32,000 nt of DNA, taken from the NCBI GenBank assembly GCA_943789275.1, contig CALSTM010000003.1, positions 510,001-542,000 of the forward strand, in the 5' to 3' direction. Below the pieces are notes generated by a model, which was not told the DNA's origin, did no database searches, and was given only the letters and a program-made list of their open reading frames with translations. Shown piece by piece: positions 15,016 to 22,569 of the stretch (positions are counted from its first letter, which is position 1; each line of letters starts with the position of its first letter). The position numbers and the translations under genes are program-made. This DNA is from Candidatus Poseidoniaceae archaeon. GTDB taxonomy: Archaea; Thermoplasmatota; Poseidoniia; Poseidoniales; Poseidoniaceae.

Positions 15016-17568
15016 ATGAGTGCTCCACCAATTGTCAGCGGATTTACCCCCGCAGCGTTGGTGCCTTATCTTTTGGCTGCTGCTACGGCGTGGCTGTTCT
15101 GGACTCGGGTTGTTCCTCGTCAATTGCGAGGGCTTCAAGTGGCCTTTCAAACCGATGAGAAACGGTATGAGGTTCACCAAATCACTCGTACAACCAAAGA
15201 TGCCCGAGAGTTGCTGAGTTCCCGTGGAATGGTTTTTGGTGTAGCATCGTACATTCTTGCTTTGGTTGGAGCCCTTCTGTTGTTCTTTGAATTCATCATG
15301 ATTCGACTGGATTACTCCGAAGGATACCACACGCCTTCTCTCAGCATTGCACTGATTTTCATCGCTTTCCCCGCCCTTGTTGCTTCGGGAACATCGCTTG
15401 GAGCACAAGTCATCAAACCGATTGGGCAAGACCGAGCATCGTTGCAAGAATCCAGCATTTGGAGGAGTTATACATTCATCATGCTGACTTTACTGTGGGT
15501 CGGTCTCGTGGTTGCGCTGTATCTGTTGCTTGACGTAGCTGATGTTCCTGCTTCCAGAAGGTTTAGCATTGCTGCCTTTGCTATGTTTTCTCCATCAATA
15601 CTTGCCTACGGTCGCGTGCTCGGCTCTTCATGGCAGGCTTTGCGTCAATCGTCACGCAAAATTGCGAACGGTAAACCTTCACCGTTCCACAACCATGTTC
15701 CTAAGGCAAAACAACAAGCCATTGCTCAAATCGTTAATTTCAACCTTATCGTCATGCCATATGTGGCTTTGAACACACTTGTTTCACTGTTATTGTTGCT
15801 GTATGACCCCTCGATGCTTACGCATTCGGACCGGGTGCTTGAACTTCCTGAATACCGTGTTCAAACGACGTTTATGGAAGAAGGAGGCATTTTGGGATTT
15901 GCGTTGATTGAACTGTTCTCGTTCATTCCGCAATCGGGAATACGGGTGCCTATTGTGTCGTTTATTCTCTTGTTTTTGCTGCTGAACGTTGCCATAATTG
16001 GGTTTTTGTTTGTTTACGAAGTCGCTCGTATTCTCTTTTTGGATGTTCAAGATGTATCGGGTAAAGGTGGCATCAAACTCGCTGACAGCCGGTTACTGCG
16101 AGCAGAACCAACCCAGCAAGCCAAAGTTCTCAATTTCTGCTTTACTGGATTTGCCGGCCAATCGATGCTGCTGTTGGCTCTGGCCATGATCACTTTTTGG
16201 GACTCAAGTTTCCTACCACAAGGCGCAGCATGCGGCGAATGGGAGAACACAGTTTGTAAAGTCCTCGAAAAGGATTCACTCGAGGAATTAACATGGATGC
16301 TTGCGTCAGGAGGTCAAATTGCTTTCCTCACCATCTGGGCCCGCTCTCGCCGCATTGGGTTGAAATTGGAAGACATTTCTTTTGACGCAGCAGTCGGAGA
16401 AAATCGAGAACGTCTTTCTGAGATGGCTGATTTGATTTACCTTAAGCAAAAGCCGTTCACTGAATTGGTTGCGAAAGACGATTGGTCAAAAGCCATGGAC
16501 CGTCTTGACAAAGTGACAGAAGGTCACGGCGAACAATTGGAAGGCCTCAATCTTGCTCGAAAGACGGATGCTATGATGGAATTGTATGCGGGTCTCGGAC
16601 GTTGGAATGAGGCTGAACAAGAAGCAGTATCCCTGCTTGCGTTGCGTGGTGGGCGAGAAGCACAGGTTGCTCGTTTGGTTTTGACCGCTGCTAGTTTGGC
16701 ACAACGCGATTATGCTGAGGCGAAACCTCGACTCGTTCTTCTCAATGACGACGACATTGAATCTGCTCGTTTGCAATGGGCAGCGTCTTTGTTCAATCCT
16801 AAACATACGAAATTGGCCCCTGAACACAAGTCGCTCATCTCGATTGACTCCTTGATGAAGCGTAACATCGACCTGGTTGAACGCTACCGTACGGGCCAAC
16901 CGAAAAGCCAACTCAAGTATCTCAATACTCCAGCAGGGCGTCTTTTCCTACTCGGAGACGTGGCTCGAATGCGCCTTGCCGGAATTCCGGACAAGGGATT
17001 GAACCTTATTGAGGCGTTCATGAAGGATTTTGAAATTACCGATTGGACACACGGTGATGTTGTCCGGTCCTTGCTTCACATCGATGCTGGCCGAATCCAC
17101 ACCGGTATCCGAATGGCTGAGAAATTGGCGGATGAACACCCTCGGCACCCTCACGTTCGCAATTTGGTGGGAGAGTTGTCCCGTGGCGGGTACATGGAAA
17201 TGTTGCCTTCGGAGGCTACACCCATCGAATGGCTCAACGATTCAGGGCTTAACTGGCTCGATGGATGGATGCGAAAGCACGTCGTGGCCCCTCCTCCAAC
17301 CTTCGGAAAGAAATCTCTCATTCAACACGCTTGGACTTCGAACGGCTGGTCGGCCATGGATGGTTCAGGTAGCCTTGTTGCTGCTTATGCAAAGAAGTCC
17401 AACGGTTGGAAAGGCCTTCAGAAAGTGTGGCCAAACGGCCTTCCGATGTGCCTTCATCTTCACTTGACAGGTATTATCGTCACCATCTCCGGAATGCCTG
17501 TCGACCTTGGTTTCCCAGGAGCGCTTGATCTCAAGACCATCGACAAGAAACAACTTCTCGAACTTTAG
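15016..17568 (+). CDS. Orphan 850-aa protein: N-terminal polytopic membrane domain (~aa 1-440) + TPR-like helical region + C-terminal Trp/Gly-rich domain
   Basis: Long uninterrupted ORF. ATG 15016 lies 9 nt after the thrS stop, with GAGG spanning that stop. There are about 9-10 hydrophobic helices. These are followed by WSKAMDRLDKV...MELYAGLGRWNEAEQEAVSLLALRGG...ASLAQRDYAEAKPRL (TPR-like). No family recognised. Confidence 0.8.
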   Translation: MSAPPIVSGFTPAALVPYLLAAATAWLFWTRVVPRQLRGLQVAFQTDEKRYEVHQITRTTKDARELLSSRGMVFGVASYILALVGALLLFFEFIMIRLDYSEGYHTPSLSIALIFIAFPALVASGTSLGAQVIKPIGQDRASLQESSIWRSYTFIMLTLLWVGLVVALYLLLDVADVPASRRFSIAAFAMFSPSILAYGRVLGSSWQALRQSSRKIANGKPSPFHNHVPKAKQQAIAQIVNFNLIVMPYVALNTLVSLLLLLYDPSMLTHSDRVLELPEYRVQTTFMEEGGILGFALIELFSFIPQSGIRVPIVSFILLFLLLNVAIIGFLFVYEVARILFLDVQDVSGKGGIKLADSRLLRAEPTQQAKVLNFCFTGFAGQSMLLLALAMITFWDSSFLPQGAACGEWENTVCKVLEKDSLEELTWMLASGGQIAFLTIWARSRRIGLKLEDISFDAAVGENRERLSEMADLIYLKQKPFTELVAKDDWSKAMDRLDKVTEGHGEQLEGLNLARKTDAMMELYAGLGRWNEAEQEAVSLLALRGGREAQVARLVLTAASLAQRDYAEAKPRLVLLNDDDIESARLQWAASLFNPKHTKLAPEHKSLISIDSLMKRNIDLVERYRTGQPKSQLKYLNTPAGRLFLLGDVARMRLAGIPDKGLNLIEAFMKDFEITDWTHGDVVRSLLHIDAGRIHTGIRMAEKLADEHPRHPHVRNLVGELSRGGYMEMLPSEATPIEWLNDSGLNWLDGWMRKHVVAPPPTFGKKSLIQHAWTSNGWSAMDGSGSLVAAYAKKSNGWKGLQKVWPNGLPMCLHLHLTGIIVTISGMPVDLGFPGALDLKTIDKKQLLEL

Positions 17569-19358
17569 ATAAGCCGACGTAGCCGTTCCATTGCGGTGTC
17601 TGCTTGCGATAATTGATTGAGGCAATCTTCGACTCGACCGACGGCGAGTGCTTCACCAGCCATTGCAATGGCTTGTTCACATGCCCTGCGATTTTCGTTT
17701 TCGATGGAGATGTTACTGGCGTCGCATTGGTTGCGAAGAGTGTGCCATTCTTCAACGACAAAGTCGTACAGTTCGAGTGCTTCCTCGGTCGCTTGACCTT
17801 CGTTATCCAAATCGGTTGTGATGGCGTCCAAAAGCGTGTTTGCACGGCTCCATTGTTTGGTATCCGCAGCATCTTCAACCGACTTCAGGCGCTTTTCCCA
17901 TTCGTCCTTATCGTCACGGTCTTTGTATTGAGCAACCAACTTTTTGCGTTGCTTGAGGCCTCGACGGACGTTGTCCATCGCTGTTCGCTCTGCTTCGATT
18001 GAACGTACCACACCGTCAGCTAAACCAATGGCTTGGCTTGGGCTTCCCGCTTCGATGGCTTGCTCAGCCCGTTCCAATCGCAGTTCCATTTCTTCGGTGT
18101 CAAGGCCGTCGGTTTGCTTGAGTTGCCGTGTTGCTTCTTTCAGGGATTCGAGCGCTCGACCTTGAGCGTCTTCATCGGCCAGTAACTGTTGAGGAATAAC
18201 TGAGGCGAATTCATATGCTTCTCGTGGTGCTTCGTTCGCCATCTTCTTCTTCGCATCGGCGAGTAATTCCTTGAGGTGTTGGACGCTTTCAGCATCGTTG
18301 CCAGTGAGGAGTCGACCCGCTTCAGCAATGGATTGTTCTGCAACCCCCCACCATTCGATGATGTCGTTGGCCAACTTTTTCGATTGGCGGAACAGCATTT
18401 CGCCTTCTCGTAACGAACCGAGTTTCACTTCTCTGGCGCCCATGTCAAACGATTTACGGGGGCGCTTTACGGTTGGAGCAATGCTTTCCGCCTTTTGGAT
18501 TGCCTCGAGGGCATCCGCCTGAATTATTTCCACATCACCGCTCAATGACAGCGTTCTTTCGATGTCTTCTTCGGCTTCATCCAGCAGTTTCATGCCGTAT
18601 TCAGGGTCAATATGCCCCTCTTCTTTGGCGGTCATGATCAGGCTTGATGCTTGGTCGACGGCCGCCCCATCTGCCTTGAGTTGCAGCAATTGCGATTCGA
18701 TGCCGTCCAGGCGCTTGGTGAATATTTTCCGCTGACCTCGTTGTTCATCGCCCACGAACCAAATGTATCCGGTAACCACGACTGCAGACCCGAGTGCGGT
18801 GAGCGATGCCAACCACTCGTAGGTCATCGATTCAGGAATGTTTCCAACGAACAGGGAAAAAGCAGCAACACCGCCTAAGCCGGTCATGATGGCTCTCCAT
18901 CGCAGGACATCCAAACCGCCTTGCAACACGTTCGCTGAAGTCTGGAAGCACGCATAGGCAACAACAACCAGTAGGCCACTGCCGATAAGAGCAGCGTAAT
19001 CTTCAACGTTCAAGTGCTTAGCAGCAAGAATCAGGAGAACCGGCCAAGCAATACAGGCAAACGAACCGATTCGCGTTCTGGCTTTGGCGTCGTCCAAAAC
19101 CGAGTCTTGCAGGATGAGACCGTAAGCGATGATGAGCAAAGGATAGCCGAGTCCTTCGAGCAACCCCTCATCGCCTTTGAGAGCGGATTGGAGATTTGGC
19201 CACATGAGCCATACAGCGCCAGACAGTATGACCAGCGAAGAAGCGGTTGTTAGCCGTTCAATGCTTTGTTTTCTGGATTGTCGAGCAGCATCTATTGCTG
19301 CATCTACATCCGCCCATGCATCGAGAGCCATAACACTGCTCGGTTGCATCACGGTCAT
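17565..19358 (-). CDS. Orphan ~600-aa protein: N-terminal ~5-6 TM domain + ~390-aa repetitive alpha-helical domain
   Basis: The track ORF is 17565-19424 (ATG). I prefer ATG 19358 (MTVMQPSS) because GGAGTGA (19361-19367) sits directly upstream. It also leaves a 105-nt rather than 39-nt divergent spacer to pyrB. The stop is the same either way. The helical region shows recurring A..AI.....G....A..LL..A...L units. No family recognised. Confidence 0.8.
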   Translation of the reverse strand: MTVMQPSSVMALDAWADVDAAIDAARQSRKQSIERLTTASSLVILSGAVWLMWPNLQSALKGDEGLLEGLGYPLLIIAYGLILQDSVLDDAKARTRIGSFACIAWPVLLILAAKHLNVEDYAALIGSGLLVVVAYACFQTSANVLQGGLDVLRWRAIMTGLGGVAAFSLFVGNIPESMTYEWLASLTALGSAVVVTGYIWFVGDEQRGQRKIFTKRLDGIESQLLQLKADGAAVDQASSLIMTAKEEGHIDPEYGMKLLDEAEEDIERTLSLSGDVEIIQADALEAIQKAESIAPTVKRPRKSFDMGAREVKLGSLREGEMLFRQSKKLANDIIEWWGVAEQSIAEAGRLLTGNDAESVQHLKELLADAKKKMANEAPREAYEFASVIPQQLLADEDAQGRALESLKEATRQLKQTDGLDTEEMELRLERAEQAIEAGSPSQAIGLADGVVRSIEAERTAMDNVRRGLKQRKKLVAQYKDRDDKDEWEKRLKSVEDAADTKQWSRANTLLDAITTDLDNEGQATEEALELYDFVVEEWHTLRNQCDASNISIENENRRACEQAIAMAGEALAVGRVEDCLNQLSQADTAMERLRRLI

Positions 19359-19463
19359 AATCACTCCTATGTTTCGTCCATCACTTTGAAGTCCAAGTTC
19401 AACGTATTTGACGGGAATGTTCATGGGTGTCTTTGACCGCCTTTAGAGAAGGAAGGGAGTATT

Positions 19464-20414
19464 GTGGCTGGACTTATCACTATGGACGACTTAACAAACG
19501 AACAAATTCTTGAGATTTTAAGTGATGCTGAACGCCTGTTGCCTGTGGCCCGTGGCGAGTTGTATCTACCGCTCTTGAAAGGACGAATCCTAGGGAACTT
19601 GTTTTTCGAGCCAAGCACCCGTACCCGAATGTCGTTCGAGACGGCCATGAAGCGACTTGGTGGAGATGTTGTCAACTTGGGCGACGTCAAGACATCCTCT
19701 GTGGTCAAAGGTGAGACGCTGTTTGATACCATCCAAATGGTTGACGGTTACACCGACATCATCGCTATGCGTCATCCTCGTCAAGGTGCTGCCCAATACG
19801 CACAAGATGCAGCACAAGTCCCTATTCTCAACGGCGGCGACGGAGCCGGCCATCACCCGACTCAGACGATGCTCGACCTGTTCACAATCCAACAAGCCCA
19901 CGGACGTCTTGACGGCCTCAAGGTCGTATTGGCTGGTGATTTGCGTTACGGCCGAACCGTTCATTCGCTTTCTCATGCTCTTGTTAGGTTTGGATGCGAC
20001 CTTGTTTTCGCAAGCCCAGACTTGCTTCGAATGCCTGAAGAAATCGTTTCTGATTTGAGGGCGCACGGTGCAAACGTGGTGGAAACCGAAGACTTGTACG
20101 GTTCCATGGCGGAAGCTGATGTTGTCTACATGACTCGAATCCAGAAGGAGCGCTTCGCTGATGAAGACGAATACGCTCGATGTGCGGGCGCTTACAAACT
20201 TCACGCTCGCCACCTTGCTGACATGAAGCAGGACATGATTGTCATGCATCCGCTGCCTCGTGTTGACGAAATCGACCCTTCGGTTGATGTCACGCGACAC
20301 GCCCGTTATTTCGAACAAGCATTCAACGGTGTGGTTGCACGTATGGCTTTGCTGTGCCGCTTGCTCGGCGTGAAGGTTCCCGCAGATGTCCTTGCTGAAG
20401 GAGGTGCTCTTTGA
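19464..20414 (+). CDS. pyrB: Aspartate carbamoyltransferase catalytic subunit
   Basis: Carries FFEPSTRTRMSFE, the HPTQ context (GAGHHPTQTMLD) and MHPLPRVDEI. GTG 19464 is preceded by GGAAGGGAG (19451-19459); ATG 19482 is an alternative start. Confidence 0.95.
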   Translation: MAGLITMDDLTNEQILEILSDAERLLPVARGELYLPLLKGRILGNLFFEPSTRTRMSFETAMKRLGGDVVNLGDVKTSSVVKGETLFDTIQMVDGYTDIIAMRHPRQGAAQYAQDAAQVPILNGGDGAGHHPTQTMLDLFTIQQAHGRLDGLKVVLAGDLRYGRTVHSLSHALVRFGCDLVFASPDLLRMPEEIVSDLRAHGANVVETEDLYGSMAEADVVYMTRIQKERFADEDEYARCAGAYKLHARHLADMKQDMIVMHPLPRVDEIDPSVDVTRHARYFEQAFNGVVARMALLCRLLGVKVPADVLAEGGAL

Positions 20415-20890
20415 TGTCGAACGAACACAGTATGCGACGTGTAACTGCAATTCGAAACGGTACGGTCATCGACCACATTCCATCGGGTCAAGCAATGCGT
20501 GTCTTGGAAATGCTCGGCATAGGTGGGGAAACTTCGGTTCCGATTTCGCTGGTCATGAACGTCCCGTCAAAGAAGATGGGCTCAAAAGACATCATCAAAG
20601 TCGAAGACCGAGAATTGACACAACCGGAACTTGACCGTTTGGCTCTTGTTGCTCCTGATGCTCACGTTGCGATTATCCGTGCGTACTCGGTAGCAGAAAA
20701 ACTCACCATCAACCTCGGCGAAGAAGTCGTCAATGTCGTTCGATGCACCTTCTCGAATTGCATCACAACTAATCTTCGTGAACCTCAGCCGCACCGCTTG
20801 CGAGTTATTGAGCGAGATCCGCTTCAATTGCGCTGCCATTATTGCGGTCGCCCACAAGAGTTGGGAGAATTGGCGAACAACGTCCTATGA
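20414..20890 (+). CDS. pyrI: Aspartate carbamoyltransferase regulatory subunit
   Basis: Carries VTAIRNGTVIDHIPSGQAMRVLEMLGI and the Zn-domain cysteines RCTFSNC...LRCHYCG. ATG 20414 overlaps the pyrB stop (TGATG) and follows GGAGGTG. Confidence 0.93.
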   Translation: MSNEHSMRRVTAIRNGTVIDHIPSGQAMRVLEMLGIGGETSVPISLVMNVPSKKMGSKDIIKVEDRELTQPELDRLALVAPDAHVAIIRAYSVAEKLTINLGEEVVNVVRCTFSNCITTNLREPQPHRLRVIERDPLQLRCHYCGRPQELGELANNVL

Positions 20891-21892
20891 TTCGTCGTTC
20901 ATCAGTTGACGCATGTCACACGCTTTGCATTGAATGCCTGAAGTGAGTTCACCGCATGTTTGGCACGGCATTGGTGGTGCAGGACGAGCTTCTGAACCTC
21001 CCAATTCGATAACTTGGTCACGCAGCAACTTGATGTTGTCAGCCATTCGAAGCAAACCGTGGCGAGTACCTGGGACATCTGCCTCCATTTGAGCGACCAT
21101 TTCACGATGCCTCCAACGCAATGCTCCTTGTGCATGTGGGCATTCTTCGTGGTGAAGAGGTAGGTCTCTGTGCAATGCATAGAGGTGGACTTCTTGTTCA
21201 GGTATCCAACGCAAGGGAACGATACGTGGCGCTAATCCATCCACTGGAGTTGTTGTGTGCGGCGCGAGTCTGAGTGTGCGTTCAACATCACCGTTGGTCA
21301 TGTTCATGAGAACGGTTTGAGCCATGTCATCGAGGTTATGTCCCAGGGCAACATAATCTGCGTTAACTCGCTTTGCCAAATGATTGATTCCTTGCCGACG
21401 GAATACGCCGCAATAGGAACACGGCATACGAGGGGCCTCTTTGTTGTCCTTGACAAGGCCGGGGATTTTACTCGCCACTTCATCCATTTCTTTGAAACTC
21501 AATTCGGGATAGGAGACGGTGATGAACTCTATTCCAAGCCGTTCGCACAATTCTTGGGCGCAGACCAGCGATGGAGGACGGTAGCCCTCTATGCCTTCAT
21601 CGACGGTTCCGGCGATGATGGTGACGTCGGGACGTTGGCCGACTCGGTCGACCAAACTATCGAGCAATACGGCGGAATCCTTGCCACCGGAGATGGCGAC
21701 AAAGATCACTGTGTTCTTGTCACGAGGTAAAATGAGTTGTTGGCGCAGTTCTTTGCCTATTTTTTTGCGAACTGATTTCGCCATGTGTTCGCTGCATAGA
21801 ATACGCCCGGAGTAGGCTTGTTCAAGGATGGCTGGTTTGGAGCAACTGTCGCACTTTGGTACGGAAAACAGCGGTTCCCCCTCATGCGCCAT
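20885..21892 (-). CDS. tRNA 2-thiolation PP-loop ATPase, TtuA / NcsA (Ncs6-Ctu1) family
   Basis: Carries the PP-loop AISGGKDS, ALGHNLDDMAQTVLMN and Fe-S cysteines PCSYCG. An N-terminal zinc finger (CDSC...CSEH) and a C-terminal CQTCG...CKAC are present. I cannot tell the U34 (NcsA) type from the U54 (TtuA) type by eye. Confidence 0.85.
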   Translation of the reverse strand: MAHEGEPLFSVPKCDSCSKPAILEQAYSGRILCSEHMAKSVRKKIGKELRQQLILPRDKNTVIFVAISGGKDSAVLLDSLVDRVGQRPDVTIIAGTVDEGIEGYRPPSLVCAQELCERLGIEFITVSYPELSFKEMDEVASKIPGLVKDNKEAPRMPCSYCGVFRRQGINHLAKRVNADYVALGHNLDDMAQTVLMNMTNGDVERTLRLAPHTTTPVDGLAPRIVPLRWIPEQEVHLYALHRDLPLHHEECPHAQGALRWRHREMVAQMEADVPGTRHGLLRMADNIKLLRDQVIELGGSEARPAPPMPCQTCGELTSGIQCKACDMRQLMNDES

Positions 21893-21975
21893 GGTACTTG
21901 GCGTGCACCTCTACGGTTTGAGTTCACCGCTTACCATGACCTGATTCCTCACATTGAATCAAGAAGATGAAGTAA

Positions 21976-22010
21976 ATATTTCAATTGCAATTTCGATTTT
22001 TCAATTGGAA
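21976..22010. promoter_or_regulatory. Two copies of AT.TTTCAATTG.AAT spaced 20 bp apart (possible operator pair) in the divergent ttuA-like / Roadblock intergenic region
   Basis: TTTCAATTG occurs at 21979-21987 and 21999-22007; extended copies match at 14 of 16 positions. Copy 1 contains the perfect 10-bp palindrome AATTGCAATT (21983-21992), and both contain the palindrome CAATTG. AATAATAAAC (22009-22018) follows as a TATA-like stretch. Confidence 0.35.
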
Positions 22011-22068
22011 TAATAAACAAATTGCTGAGATATTATGCCGATTTTCTCTGTATTTTGATACGAGATTA

Positions 22069-22114
22069 GGCGCGGAAAACAACCGAAGAAACGGTCTCCG
22101 CGTCGCCCTTTTTT
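22069..22114 (+). terminator. Imperfect long hairpin followed by C + T6 (intrinsic-terminator-like / attenuator-like element) on the + strand
   Basis: GGCG (22069-72) pairs with CGCC (22104-07). CGGA (22073-76) pairs with TCCG (22097-22100). ACCG (22082-85) pairs with CGGT (22092-95), with an AAGAAA loop. TTTTTT follows at 22109-22114. No + strand CDS lies upstream of it. Confidence 0.3.
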
Positions 22115-22149
22115 GAATCTCCAGTTGGAAAATCTATTTGGGTCTTCAA

Positions 22150-22167
22150 ATCCCCCTTTAGGGGGAT
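22150..22167 (+). promoter_or_regulatory. Perfect 7-bp GC-rich hairpin / palindrome ATCCCCC-TTTA-GGGGGAT about 50 nt upstream of the Roadblock gene ATG
   Basis: Read directly: 22150-22156 pairs with 22161-22167 across a TTTA loop. It is followed by ATAAAAG (a possible TATA-like box for the Roadblock operon). Function unknown. Confidence 0.5.
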
Positions 22168-22219
22168 AAAAGCGCAAAAGTACTTGAAGGCCACAGCACT
22201 GACCGATTGTTTGAGAACC

Positions 22220-22561
22220 ATGCTGCAACGTGCATTAGCCGGATTATGCCGCCTTGAAGGCGTCAATCATGCTATGCTTCTCGATGATTCAGGTCAACTC
22301 TTGGCCAGTGTTGGAGAGGAAGGTATTTTTGCACCTGTTGACCAAGCCGTTGAGATGATGAGCGTCGCTCAAGAAACGGGCCATGCACTTGGCTTGGGTC
22401 AAGTGTATGAGGTCTGGTGCGAGAGTACTTCACGCATGGTTCTTGATGTGGTTGGACCGAATCGCATCATCGTACTCAGCGGAGACGGTGGTCGGTTAGC
22501 ACGATGGCGACATGCGCTTGACCGCGACCGTCGAATTTTAGCGACAACCCCACGAATGTGA
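22220..22561 (+). CDS. Stand-alone Roadblock/LC7 (MglB-like) domain protein
   Basis: LQRALAGLCRLEGVNHAMLLDDSGQLLASVGEEG...AQETGHALGLGQVYEVWCESTSRMVLDVVGPNRIIVLSGD follows the Robl_LC7 pattern: a leading helix, G-V-x-x-A-x-L-x-D-x-x-G, then two strands and a helix. The track start is TTG 22184; the first ATG is 22220. Confidence 0.7.
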   Translation: MLQRALAGLCRLEGVNHAMLLDDSGQLLASVGEEGIFAPVDQAVEMMSVAQETGHALGLGQVYEVWCESTSRMVLDVVGPNRIIVLSGDGGRLARWRHALDRDRRILATTPRM

Positions 22562-22569
22562 GTGATACC

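Noticed and set aside
14746-15447. 233-aa minus-strand ORF spanning the thrS / 850-aa gene junction
   Set aside because: It overlaps two well-supported + strand genes. It is Cys/Arg/Ser-rich and junk-like, with no ribosome-binding site.
19425-19463. Apparent 39-nt divergent spacer between the 619-aa track ORF and pyrB, too short for two promoters
   Set aside because: It is probably an annotation artefact. An internal ATG at 19358 with a GGAGTGA site gives a 105-nt spacer, so this is not reported as a bidirectional-promoter oddity.
19590-20450. 286-aa ORF antisense to pyrB/pyrI
   Set aside because: It completely overlaps two strongly supported genes. The sequence has no recognisable motifs and a composition unlike the acidic proteins of this genome. 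It is a shadow ORF.
21960-22030. C/D-box sRNA (AAGATGA ... CTGA about 60 nt apart)
   Set aside because: The C-box candidate has a mismatch at a conserved position. There are no internal D'/C' boxes and no terminal stem. The AT-rich region is better explained as promoter DNA.
22141-22167. tRNA T-arm-like sequence GGGTC-TTCAAAT-CCCCC
   Set aside because: The flanking 5-mers do not pair (GGGTC vs CCCCC). No acceptor, D or anticodon arms can be built. The CCCCC instead pairs with the downstream GGGGG.
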